From Massalongia carnosa (lineage: Eukaryota): 64,000 bases of DNA. A program made the translations under genes and the position numbers. The DNA lies in the NCBI GenBank assembly GCA_965645245.1, contig OZ287074.1, positions 806,001 through 870,000 of the forward strand. Reading direction: 5' to 3'. Within the stretch, counting starts at the first letter, position 1. Every line of letters starts with the position of its first letter. A model generated the notes under the pieces. The model made no database searches, was not told where the DNA came from, and saw only the letters and a list, made by a program, of their open reading frames with translations. Below are positions 50,374 to 64,000 of this stretch, in pieces.

Positions 50374-52090
50374 CTACTTTTTTTCCTCTTTGCTAGCTAA
50401 GTCTGCAGCATCCATCCGGATTTCCTTATGTGCTTGTGGCTGTGGACTCCTTTCCTCTCGTATCCTTGGCAGCATGAACCAGATCCCCCAATCGATTACT
50501 AGGAGAATAAGCACGATTGGAAGCAGGACTCGGATTCCCTTCGATTGGGCGATAGCTAGAAATAGGAGGAAATATCATCAGCTTAGAAGAATAGGGATAT
50601 ATTAGCCACCAGGACAATAATAAGACTATCTAACGCACCGCCAACAATGAAGGGGAATACGCAAGAGCCCGATGACCCGAAAGCGGCGGCGAAGCCAATA
50701 CTACTAACGTGAAGGTGTCTTGGTAAGAGTCTTGCGGCTGCCATAACGGCCGCCGGGAAGAGAGGACCGATGAAGAAGCCGAGAATTGCGATGGCGACAG
50801 TGGAGACGGTGAAGACAGGAACTAGCCAAAAAAGTAGATGCGAAGCCGTTGCGAGGGCTATGTATATCTAAAAGGGGGTTTAGCATGGTCGAAATTTAAT
50901 ACGGAAGATACAGGAAACAAAGAGCGAGAAATGGATACCTACCAGAATCGCCAGTTTCTCGCCAATTTTAGGCGTTACAAACCCCAGAATCACCCTGCCG
51001 ACCGTGATTCCAACCCAATATGCCGTGGCGCTCATACCGGCTGGAAATGGCGCCGCGCGCCGAATCAGGCGCATGAACTGCACAACCCAACCGCCCACTG
51101 CCACTTCCATTCCGACATAAATGAGCAGGAAGAACGAACAGATCCAGGTAACCTTGTGGCGCAACGATTCACGAGTGTGTCCCGTCCTCTTTTCCGACGT
51201 CTGTGCATTCTCTTCTTGGTATTTCTTCGCCGTCTCCGTCCAGAAGGCCGTCACCGCCGCAATCAGTTCCACAAGCTGGATCCCGATCATGAGGTAGTAG
51301 AACTCGTACCAACTTAGTCCACCCTTGGTGATCATGCTTGTTGCAATCAGTGGGCTCAGAGTCGCTCCGAGCCCGAAGAACCCATGAAGAATACCCAGGA
51401 GCTCATTTGCGTTCTCCATCACGCCGATCCAGGCATTCCAGGCCGCGTCTCTACCATACGTATTAGCGGAGAGAGTTTCCGCCATAACTCCAAGATTCGG
51501 GTCTGAACTGACGATAGGCCCTCTCCGAATGCTGCCAACACACCCGCTATCACGACTACCCCCCACGGTGGATGCTGTGAGATGATAATATACGCAACAA
51601 GACGAGAGCCCCCAGCGACAAAGGCAACGCCACGTCTGCCCAAGGTCATGTGAATGTAACTGTTAAGAGATGCCTAGTCCATAGTATCTTACTATAAGTG
51701 TGTGAAGCGCATCGCTCGTTTTGTTGCCCATCGATTTTCCCAGGGAGACTTACCGATGAGAAATAGCCTAGGAATGGCGCAAGGAAGATGAGAGAAACAA
51801 GGAAATAGTTGAGGTCATAATACGTTTCCAGATAAGGAATCAAGGCCTGACACCGTCAACAGGCTGTTTCACGAGGCAAATGGCTAAATGCTCACTCCAT
51901 AAGCTGCATCATTGGCACCCATGATAAAAAGACCAAAAAAAGCCGCCAAGGTCCTCCAGACATTAATACGAGGGTGGTTCCACCTGGACTTTGGTGTGGG
52001 CTCGGGCATAGGCCGAGGATTTTCATTTCCATTCTCCGCATGGTTTTGGTCTTTTGGCAGCGGATGCTCTCCAATCTCATGGTTATCCAT
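50374..52090 (-). CDS. MFS transporter (Bsc6/FucP-like)
   Basis: RWNHPRINVWR...MGANDAAYG|ALIPYLE, LHGFFGLGATLSP, YVGMEVAVGGW and GFFIGPLFP; several introns; stop at 50374. Confidence 0.85.
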
Positions 52091-52496
52091 GGCTGAGTGA
52101 GTCAGTAGCCTCACTGCACCTTTGGGTCCCGGGTTGTTTGCCTCTCCAGTTATTCTTGCTTCAGAATTGATAAAACATAAAAATTTCCAGTACCTCGTGA
52201 TTCAGCTAATATAAAAGGGTCTAAAGGGTAGAGAAGTGGTTCTGGAAAAGAAAAACCCACTAAGCTCCACTATACGAAGGCAATAAATAGGAAAGTGTTT
52301 CCCCAGACAAGATCAGCCTATAATCCAAAGCAACCGTCAAGTGGCGTAAGAACACCATTGCCCCCCGAAGACTAACAGATAGATACTGTAATAGGAAAAT
52401 GAAGAGAAACGGCCAAAATGTTCGGCTCTTTAGGTGGAAAGTGGTGATTTTTACACCGTACTCGTACCATTAATCGTAATCGTAATCGTAATCGTA

Positions 52497-53891
52497 ACGT
52501 AATTCACCTGTATTCGGAACACCCGCTTATTCGGAACTAACAAAACCACGAAACTTACTTTCAACCATTATCTCTTCTACAACATATTGAAGAAAACACT
52601 AAACCTGATTTAATAAGGTAAGGGTATTATAATTATCATAATAGCTGATTATCGATAAATTACACCGCTGAAATGGCTTCTTCCCGGCAGTTTCGAGTTA
52701 CAAAATCGAGATTGCGTACTACCTTGAAAGACGAGGTTAGAGAACGTTTAAAATAGGCAGTTAAGGTCTATGAGACGGCAGAAGGGTCGTTGTCTATTAC
52801 GCAAGCTGCTTGACTTCATGCGGTACCGAAAACAACATTGTATCACAGGATAAACGGTCGCCAGGACCAGGTATCGTACGTTACTTCAAAGCCGCCCGAG
52901 GATCTCTTCAGAGCTAGGTTAACTAGAGCTACTAGACTCCGCCTTGACAAAATATCAGCTAAGCCTTATACGGACGATGACACTCTACCTAGCGCTAGTA
53001 CTCTTATTCAAACGCGTTATCTTTCAGCCAAATATCACCAATATCAGGAAACATAGAACAAGTCTCAAAGGTTGAGGAGTTTATATACTATTTCGCCATC
53101 AGACTCTTAATTCCTCTAAGCTTACTCTTCTACAAAAAACCCTTAAAGCAGATAGGCTTGCTATGACTGATCGTATTGTCTTGAATCGTACTAATACGGA
53201 GCTTTTAGCAGCCAATACACGAAAAAAACAACGAGCTCAACGTACGGGCACTCAATATGATGTTCAAGGGGATCGCGTATTGAGTTTAGAAGATGTGGAG
53301 AAAAGAAGACAACTAGCTGAAAATAAGAAAAAGGAGAAAGAGGCTAGATCACAGGTAAGGAAAGATAAACAGAACGATCGACTATTTTTTCAGGTATCTA
53401 AAGACCTAATGCGATGAACCCGACCTAATATACGTGCCTGATCTTGTAACATCTTGATCTTTACTTAAAAATAAGAAACGAGACGATTCTATCTTTCAAA
53501 ACGCTTTTCACGACCTTATTCAGATTACACCTCATATTTTTAAGGAGACAGTTCGGGGTGACCTAGGGTTTAAAAAAACTGCTCGAAATAAAGGAAAAGG
53601 TATACCAAGAAAGAAAAATATCACTAGATTGGTACAAGGTGATGTGGAAATAATAGGAAAGGGGAGAAGTAGGAAGTTTTAGAGGTTCGGGTTAGCTCGC
53701 GCGGTCGTGTCATCTGTAACATTCGTAAAATGTAGCTCTACAAGCTTATGCCTGCTATATATATTCACTAGAACCTGTTCATCAATTCCCAAGTACATGT
53801 GCTAAACCTGTTCATCAATTCCCGAGTACATGTTGGTATCAAATTTGTTAGTTCCGAATAAGCGGGTGTTCCGAAGAGCAGTGAATTACGT
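52497..53891 (+). mobile_element. Fot1/pogo-like non-autonomous deletion derivative inserted in a (TAATCG)n tract
   Basis: ~48-bp TIRs acgtaattcac...ttcggaacacccgcttattcggaactaacaaa with TA flanks. Retains the psq-HTH N-terminus (AVPKTTLYHRING, with stops) and the basic C-terminus; no DDE core. Confidence 0.9.
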
Positions 53892-54982
53892 TAATCGTAA
53901 TCGTAATCGTAATCGTAATCGTGTAACCGATATTCTTTTGCTCTATGATGCAGATTTGCTAGTGTTTATCCAACCTTTAAAAATGGTTCTTACATTATGC
54001 TCTATACCCATCTTCACGACAACTAATCTTCTTTTAGGTATGGTTGTGCAACCGCCATTGTGTAACAAACCCAATGTCTGACGGTGGCGAGACCACCGTA
54101 TGGCCAACAGGACTGTTCCAGTTTTCATCCTGGTCGAGCCACTCACTATTCAAAACGAAGTCCAAGTAATTCATCAGGCCTATTTTAGATGTAAATCTAC
54201 CTCAATCTTCTAAATAACTTATTGGGAAGCTGGAATTTTTAATCATCAAGAAGCGCTCCCTACCTAAACCAAGGTTGGGGGGTCTTATGATAATCGGCTT
54301 CATACATGCATCTTTGTTCAGCCTAGCTGTATAATTTGTGTTTAGCTGAGAGCTCATCCCTTGGTCATGATGTATTCCGAGCAGTTTCCTATTTTCAATG
54401 TGCTTCTGATTTCTCAATGGTTTAAAGATCGCCTTCATCCATGCCAATTTTTCCCGTTCAGTCACAATGTCTTCGATACATCATGTCCTGTTTGAGGTTT
54501 GCCATACAAGCAACGAATGTGGGATACTAAAACTATAAAAGCAGACATTTGCTCAGGTAATTTTATCCTTTTAGTTTTCCCGACATATTCCAGGTTCAGA
54601 ATGCCTGGATCATTGCATCAGAGAAATGGCGGGCTTGGACATGGAGTCTGCGTTGAAAATGAAATACCCGCATTGTCGAACAGCTTTACGGAATGGTCCA
54701 TCACGTAACGCCGCTAGAAAAGGGTGCCTGAATGTATAAACCTGCAACCGATGTATTCGATAAGCTCGGGATTCAGATAAAATACTTTGTTTAGATCCAA
54801 ATGGCTTGACGTCATCTTATTCATGCGATTGCTTTTTGAGAGTTTTTCTATTATCCCTTGCGGGGATAGCTTTTAGGATCTAGTCAACAACTGTTGAATA
54901 TTCTGGGAAGACCTGGATTAAGGCGTTGTATAGAGAATCTTCATGAAATGCGAGACATCTAGCTGAAAGACGTGCTATTTTA

Positions 54983-56285
54983 TGCGGGGTCAGAAGTGTC
55001 CGGATAGGCGAGAATTTTTTTAGTTTTGAAAAGTAAATAACCACCTTTCAATCCATCATGCCACCACCACGTAGCTCTAAACAGCCCAAAACTACGCGCA
55101 AAGAAGTGCCCGTCATAATCAGAGCTGAAATGTACGGTATGGGCCTCGCCGGCGCCTCCGTTAGTACTATACACGAAAAGTTTCCGCAATGGGGTCGTTC
55201 CACCATAGGAGACACTTTGAAGAAGGCTACAACACGCGACGACCACAAATCGGAAGTACGATCTGGTCAGCCCAAAATAACCACAGCACGAGAAGATCGT
55301 CATTTGATACGAGCAGCAATTAAATCGGGGTCAAAGGGTCGTCGACAGCCTCTGGGGGAGTTGCAAGCTAACATTATGCCCGATGTTTCTCGAACCACCA
55401 TGAAACGACGTCTTCGAGATCAAAACGGTCGCAAATGGCGCGCAGCTAATCGTACGATGTTAACGGAAGCTCATATTGCTGATTGGCTGGGCTGGGCACG
55501 TTAATATGAGGATGTTTTGGAGGATGAGTGGGCTCAAGTGTGTTGGTCTGATGAGATATTAGTTTGCAAACAGGATGGGAGTGAGAACGTGTGGGTTTTT
55601 CGACTTCCAAATGAGAAATGGGATCAAGAATGCTTCGAACCAGTCAACAATGGATCAAGAGTCACAAAGATGTTCTGGGGCTGCTTTGCAGGCAATCGAC
55701 CGGGTGGTTTGATCTCGTTGGAGCCCGATCCAGATCGTACGGGAAAGAAAGGTATCACAGGGTTGATTATACTCGATGCTTATAAAGAACATCTTCCTAC
55801 CATGCTCGATGTCGATTCGGGCATTGTTTTCATGCAAGTTGGAGCTAAAACACACAAAATTCGAGAGACAATGGACTGGTTCAAAGAAAAGGGGTACACG
55901 GTCATGGATTGGCCGGCCTACTCCCCCGATTTGAACCCCATCGAGATGGTATGGGAGAAAGTGAAGAACATAGTCTTTAGAAGACACCCCGAATTACGCA
56001 TTCTGTCAGCAAGTGCCCCAAAAATTCAAGAGGCCATTGTTGATGCTATCTTGGAGGCATGGGACTACATAACGGAGGCGTTTTTGGAAAGTTTAATGCG
56101 GTCAATGCCTCGTCGAGTGCAAGCAGTCCTGAATGCAAATGGAGGTTATACTAAACATTAGTTATATGTAAACAAATAATCGCATCATTTTACTGAAACG
56201 TTGATTTTGTAACAGCAACAATAGATAATTCATACTGCTATGAAATTCGTTTAAATTCGCCTATCCGGACACTAACGACCTACCA
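54983..56285 (+). mobile_element. Tc1-like element E with a transposase pseudogene (55058-56161)
   Basis: TIR core agtgtccggataggcga at both ends with TA flanks. Two same-frame ORFs are split by TAA at 55502; WSDE, FMQVGAKTH (second catalytic Asp read as Val), WPAYSPDLNPIE and GGYTKH*. Confidence 0.9.
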
Positions 56286-57434
56286 TAATAGTCTAATTTG
56301 GTAAGGCCGATGCTAGCTTTGACAGCTGTAGTAACAGCCTGGGTTTTCTTTCTAGGATTCGGTTTGTGCAAAATATGTTGGCTTAATAGACGATACAGCG
56401 AACCTCAATACGAATTTCATCCCTGGTTTCAAGGTGGAATTTCGAGGCGAAATGGCTACATGTGGATGAACCTTTATCATTTTTAGGCATGAGGTATGTT
56501 CATCGCCCCGGTTTCGTAATTGCGAGCTCGATCACTTCTGAATAGGATCCTGCGCCTGAACAATCCTAAAAACCTAAAGCAACTAGGCAAATTTGTGTCA
56601 TCCTAAACAACATCAATCACCTATCAGTATTAGTCATTTGTACAATATCAGCAATCGAGACAAAAACAGCTGTCGATACAAACTCAGTCTTAGCCACCGA
56701 CTTAAAATGAACCATCAGTACAACTTCAGCCGTCGATACAAGGGAAGTGGTTTACATAACAGCCATCGGGACAAAATAAATAATTGATATCATATCAACC
56801 ATTAATATAAGATGAATATTTTGTACAAGAATAGCTAGCCGTACCAAATCAGTTATGGGTACAATGTCGTTCGTTTGGATCATTTTGCCAGCCTCCACCA
56901 TCTATACAGTACCAGCCGTATGCTCCATCTCGCCAACCGATACCCTCTCTACAGTATCAGCTGCCTAGTCCACCTTATCAGCCAACGCCATCTGTGCATC
57001 CTTTCAAGCCCAATACATCTAAACCATATACGATTATCACGCAGCAAAGCGCATTTTATCTAAACCTCAAGAACATATCAATAGCGCTAGAAATATTTCC
57101 GGCTAGTAATTCGCGGGCTCCATCGTGTCAGCTGAACATATACATAATTTCTATCTATGTTTGGGCAACTCTCCCCTCGCTGCTGCCCTGCTGGCGCTCA
57201 GTTTTGCTGAGGGCCCCTCCTATAATGGCTTTGTTTTGGCAGCAGTAAGGGGAAAAACTCCATCTACCTATGCGGCTGATTCAGGGAGTGGGTGGGTGGG
57301 CAAAAGACCTTTTGGTGCTGAACTCCGAATCAATGGTGGTGATGAGGAGAAGAGTGCCAAAAGGCCACCTATTTATGCCCTTTCTCTCCCTTGCTTGTCC
57401 AACTATTTTGGACATCATCCTCCTTTGTCCTTCG

Positions 57435-57531
57435 GCCTTCGTTGGCTGTTCGCGGCCTGCCTCCACTCGGTCCTTCGGCTATCCGCCTTCAGCCTTCGTC
57501 GGCTGTTTCGCGGCCTGCCTCCACTCGGTCC
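57435..57531. repeat. Near-tandem duplication of a ~39-bp GC-rich unit
   Basis: gccttcgttggctgttcgcggcctgcctccactcggtcc at 57435 recurs at 57492 with one substitution and one insertion. Confidence 0.8.
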
Positions 57532-59161
57532 CGGCATTACCTTTCGCCTTAGCCGAATTACTTTAGTATCAACTACAAATACGCATGGACACAATATTAT
57601 TACTCTAGAACGTAGTTCAGAGAGATCTTACCAAACATAGCATACACACAATCGCAAGACTTATTATATGTAGCCAACCCGCATAGATTGCTTTCTTCAA
57701 TAAATTCCATAAAACAAGGTTTTCAAACTCTTAGAGGCGACGCTAATGGAGGAAGATATATTAACATATCTTGCAAGATTGATTCCACTACCGCAGTAAC
57801 AATAGGACTTGTTGGAGATGAAGCTAAGGCAAATTAGAGGAGCCATCATCCTGAAGGACGAAGTAAGACGCATGAATGAGGTTTGGAAACTGGAGATACA
57901 GAGGCTACCGACGATGATTTGATAGCTATAGAGCATAATAAGACCGGAAGAATGAAATCCTAGCGGTCTGTCTCTTGCAGGGGTCTTTCTGAGATGGAGG
58001 GAGGTGGATCAGCTCTCCGGCTCTCGGATGAGAAACTTAAAATACCCTTAAACACTATTGTATATGATTTCTACTAGGTTTTAATATAGATGGTTAGGAT
58101 AAATCTATAACCGTCTATCATCTAAAAGATATATGTATATGTTGTAAAGTTGTGACGACTCTCCGCTGAAAGAACGTATTTGGGCCATCGTGAGAACCGT
58201 GAGAGCTTGAAAAATAAAAGGTTGATTAGAAGTATTGCATATCAGAGAAGCTTTTCTTTCTGCATTTCCCTAAGGTAGTTCACTTTTGAAACTTTTGAAA
58301 GACTTTATGACTTCGAAAGCTCCTGTAGCATGAGGGCATGGCCTGCTGGTTTAGAAACCTCTACGTGGTGTAAGTTATCAACACCTCCTCGGAGGTGGCT
58401 AATATCTGATCATGAAGCCCACCTCCGGTGGTCGTTTGAATGATCAATGTCTCTACTGATCATTCATCACCTTGAAGGCATATAAAGCCCATTCATTCGG
58501 AATGGTCATACCCCTCAGACGGAAGCCTTTCATAACATCGAAAATTCTGTTCACAAAGACCTCGATTTGTCCTCGATCACGATGACGCTTTTATTCTCAT
58601 GAGAAATTTCGTTCGATCCGTCTTTTCTTCATTGAATCAAAACATTGAAAATAGAGAGAACGTTCGTGAACGTGTGGAGATACATTGTCTAGTTCATCGA
58701 GTTTACAGGATTTCTAGCGCTTGAAGATCTGAGTATATGCACAGCGTGATAGAAAATTTTTTTCCAAGCGATAAATATCAATTAGGAAGTGATTTTAAGC
58801 AGTCACGGCATCATATCCGTAGAATGCATACGCTTAATGAATCAATAAAAACAGTAATAAAAAAGCACGAGGGCATAAGGCTGAGATCCCTCGATTCTGC
58901 ACTAACTTCATTGAGATTTTATGGGATCAACAAAAAGCTCCCGCTCTCACCGTGTTGAAATTGCAAATTATTATCACGCTATCAAACCTGTGACGCTTAA
59001 ACTTCCTTTCACTTATCGAGATCGCTTGAGAGAAACCCGAGACAAAGCTGTGAATCTGTTTTTAAAAGGATTGACAACATCACCGCACGAAGAACACCCT
59101 CTGCTCGACTGTATTCAAACACTTTGTATCACAATCGCATCTTGCAGTCCCCACGCCATTG

Positions 59162-60447
<1,286 letters not shown>

Positions 60448-63400
60448 AGCGATAGAATTTGACGGCGTGGGCATTTCAGTTCCCGGGGCATATAGGCAGC
60501 GATGCATGGACCAGTCTAAGTATCTTTTTTCCTCTTGATATGCCTCCAGACGCTTGATGATCACGAACAATCTTCGTCTGCAGCGCAATATAGAATAGGA
60601 ACTTAATCACGTCCTGCGAGGGATGTCTCCGAGTACACAATAAATTCAAGCCCACCTACCCCCTAAAGACTTCAAGAGATGAAGTACGAAATAATGTTAA
60701 TAGTTTTTATAATTATAGTTGACTAAGAAAGCACTGATCTAATGGTTTTGAGCGAAACCAGATAACTTACATTTAGACATTCAGCCTAACCTTTACTTTC
60801 GTTAAGTCTCGGTTCATTCTTTTTTTCCTCTCTTCAGTAACATCACGTATTCACCGTTGTCTAGCATTTCATTCTTGCTAGTCAGGTAATCCAGCGTATT
60901 CACCCACTCACTTCTAGTTCGACATTACTTTCCCGAAGCTGGAAAATATAATGCCCTATCAGAATTGTGGTACTATTTGAAAACTGATACGGTTTGATAG
61001 GTCATTCTCCTCTCCCAAGGTTTCTACTACCAAGTCCCTCATTGATTCGGACATGAGCTCGGCAAAAAAACTCCAAAGCTTGCCACTAATGTACCAACAG
61101 TAAATTTAATTTACCAAGGGTCAAACTATCAGACACAGTATTTCTTCCCACCTAACCACAAGCAGCCGACCTTGTAGAACCACCCTACTCGAGCTGTGCT
61201 ATGGCTCAAGAAGAGGTCGAGGGGCAACGGACCTCTAAGCCTCAATCGCAGCCTGTCAGCCTTAGGGGCTTTGACAATGAGCATCTTGGCCGACGGAACC
61301 TACATTTAAATGATAAAAATCCTCGCTGAAAACTGCCAAAACTCACTCGGACCTATTTGAAGAAAATCCATCTAGGAATCTCCTCTCTAGGGGTGAACCG
61401 TCGCTTCAAAGTGAGAAGGCTAGAACGCTTAATCTTAGAACCTACGAGGTTGGCATGTTGGCGGTTGGTCATACTTATGGTCACGAGATGTTTGCTTCAT
61501 CCAGCGGGGCTAGGTCGGAGTCCCCGCGCCTGCAAGAAGCGTTGCGGAAAGCGGAATATGGTGCTGAGAGAATTATCGATGCGGAACACGACGTTCTTAG
61601 TAAGCAATCTATAAAGAAGAGAAAGCGTGCCAAGAGAGCGCTTGACATGGGAAATAGCTTTTTTTGGTCTTGGTCAACTGCCTCGGAAGAGAAAGCCTAC
61701 CAAAGGAGTTCTTACTATAGGGAATAACGGCAGTAATGATGATCAAACACTACAGAAGCGGAAGCCGCCCAGGCGAGTTCCTGTCAACTAAATAGCCTTG
61801 GTAAAGTCGGGTACTAGGTTCTCGTGGGAAACGGAATTAGGTTCCTTGCCCCAAACCCTTTACTCAACAAGGAGCATGAAGTTCGCGGCAATGGGCTGAC
61901 TAGACAACCTAGCTCGATACCTTTAACGACAAGCCTCCCTACTCCGCAGCGGATTCTTATAAGAACCACTAGATTTAAGGTCGCAAGTTTCAAATCAGCA
62001 ACACCAACCAGAAACGCAGGCTGCATAAGTCGAACAGATCTTGCCAGGAAGTACAGGTTCTCTAAGCTTCCTTCTACGCCCAAACCCAAGGATCCCGTTT
62101 TCTCGGATTGAAGACCCGATAGCGCCTTCAAGAAGTTACGGTTGTCTCGATTGAGAGGCTGATAAGCCACCCAAACGAGATATGATAAACATTCCCACCT
62201 CGGAACAACCCACGCCAAACTCCAAGACGCCATTTCTTTACCTAACTGGATAAAGCGTTTCAATCCAACAGCAAACCGCCATGCTCTGTACAGCCTGACG
62301 GAAGTATGCCATACCCCACAGCCAAATTTCTTCGCAAGATACTACCTAAAACACCCCTAGCATTAGCAAGCAGCTAGAACTACTTTATCACGCTTCAAGA
62401 AAATTCATCTATCAAAATAGTCCTTCCCTCATTCCTAGCTATAACTTGAAGCACATTCATCCCAAAAGGCAGGCGTATAGTATATTTCCTCCCTCTCCCC
62501 CCCCCCATACGGGAGGAGAGACACGGGTACCCTATAAGCCGGACGGAGAGAGAATATGAACCAGATTTCAGCCCAGCCCAATCAACCAAGACCTTTTTTG
62601 TATCCGTCCGACGTATTTTTATCAACAAATAGGGTGCTGAATCGAAAAAAAAACGAGCTCCAACGAACGGAATACATGTTCGTATGGATGGGTACATAGG
62701 AGGTAGGTAATTGCAAGCCGAAGCGAAGAGCTTTTAGTTTCGTTGTACGAGTTGGACCGGTAGCATCATCAATACGGAGTAAGCAGTAGGTAAAAAAACA
62801 TGTGCCTAGTTAGCACGTCTGCTGTCAGAGATCGATAAGTATAGATAGGGGATGGAGGGAGGTCGATGGGAAAAATAGATAGATACCGAGATGTTCGTGC
62901 GAACTTGAGTAGCATTTAGTGCCCGATTCGATTTTTTATCCACACCGATGGGTACTTTCCTCCTCTCCCTTTTCCGTTCACCTGTCTAGTCTACCTAAGC
63001 TCTCCTCTGACAAACAAGTCCCCTTCCCCGGCAACCGCTTACACGATAAATACTTGCATCTATGTATCCATCCGTATCTACAAATCAACCTCTTTCAAGT
63101 CTTTCCTTTCTTTCCTTTCCATTCTTCCATTTTCCGAGAAAGACAAAAGATCTAGCTATTCGTGACTGGTATGATTAGAGGGCCAAGGGCCAAGGGGCAG
63201 GATTCTGGGGATGGAGGGAGGATTGATGGGCTGATTATTGAGTTGTTGATGCGGTTGATGAGTAGGGGAAGGGGTTGTTTCGAGCCTCACTCAACAGCGC
63301 GAGTGGGTGGCAATGTAGCCAACCAATCAATCGATAGATAGGGCTGAGTAGCTAGCTACCTGCCATAGCTAAGGTCATCAAGCTCAGAAAAATAAGAGAA

Positions 63401-64000
63401 TGAAGAACGTCACTAGGTGTATTTGTCGCCCGTAAAGCGACTTAAGTTCCCTAACCCCCGAAAACACCGGAAAGAAATTGATCGCATAAAAGAAAGGAAC
63501 CGAAAAGATAAGAAAAATGTAGCTAGTGGTAAGACCACAGATGCTCTGGCCGACCGAGTATGAAGTAAACCGTACCCATGACCATATAACCAAGCATCTG
63601 ACCTCGAGGAACAAGGAATTTGACCCGAGAAGATCCGTATCTAGAGGCCATGTTTGACTGACTACGCAACAGTAAGCTCGTGAGGCAAAGTTACAATCCT
63701 CCCTGCTTTAGCCCTTAGCCCTAACCTTCCGAAACGCCAAACTTAACTTGGGGCTATCGATCTGATGTTGGGTGATTCCAGGACCCTGTAGGTCGCGCAA
63801 CACACCTGACGAACCGAACTATAGGCGCGAAGGCATTCCGGCTCGCACGCTCCGTCCATTCTCGACCATTGGACTCATCGTCCGCCCACAGATTCTGCGA
63901 TTCTTCTGGGATGGGTAGGTGTTCTGCCGGATCAGGAATCCATTCCAATACGTCGAATGGCTCGGGAATCCAACGCCATATATTAGCTAGCCAGAAAACT

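Noticed and set aside
41393..52090. Two MFS transporters as part of a secondary-metabolite cluster or Starship cargo
   Set aside because: No PKS, NRPS, terpene or tailoring genes and no tyrosine-recombinase captain in the window; the neighbours are housekeeping genes.
45545..57531. Short direct repeats as a CRISPR-like array
   Set aside because: Only two copies each, no repeat-spacer periodicity, no cas genes, and a eukaryotic context.
63754..64000. Minus-strand ORF at the window edge as the 3' end of a gene
   Set aside because: Too short and without motifs to support a call without the adjacent sequence.

Overview
Intron-rich genomic DNA of a filamentous ascomycete (Pezizomycotina, inferred from intron style and the split, divergent ACL gene pair). 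Thirteen conserved genes are supported: WDR48/Duf1 (5'-partial), the mitochondrial SAM carrier, a TilS-like PP-loop protein, ATP-citrate lyase acl2 and acl1, DNA polymerase delta subunit 4, a DDHD phospholipase A1, Pps1 phosphatase, a Tyw4/Ppm2 methyltransferase-Kelch-JmjC protein, two MFS transporters, Atg18 and the PP2A catalytic subunit. The main non-genic feature is an ~11 kb transposon nest (21.6-32.7 kb) that can be resolved from TIRs and TSDs. An old Tc1-like element (B) carries a 5'-truncated LINE, which itself carries an intact DD34E Tc1 element (C). Element B also carries an intron-containing Fot1/pogo element (D), which itself carries a second LINE. A further decayed Tc1 (A) abuts the nest. 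Two more DNA transposons lie at 52.5 and 55 kb. The most notable observations are an identical 26-nt hairpin core in the 3' UTRs of two divergent LINEs, LINE tail/TSD microhomology, a conserved helical insertion in the catalytic domain of one Tc1 family, RIP-like CAG>TAG stops, and a TGA-CTA readthrough context on the TilS-like gene. No CRISPR array, rRNA or tRNA was recognised, and no convincing novel multi-gene system was found. All homology calls come from motif recognition, not from database searches.
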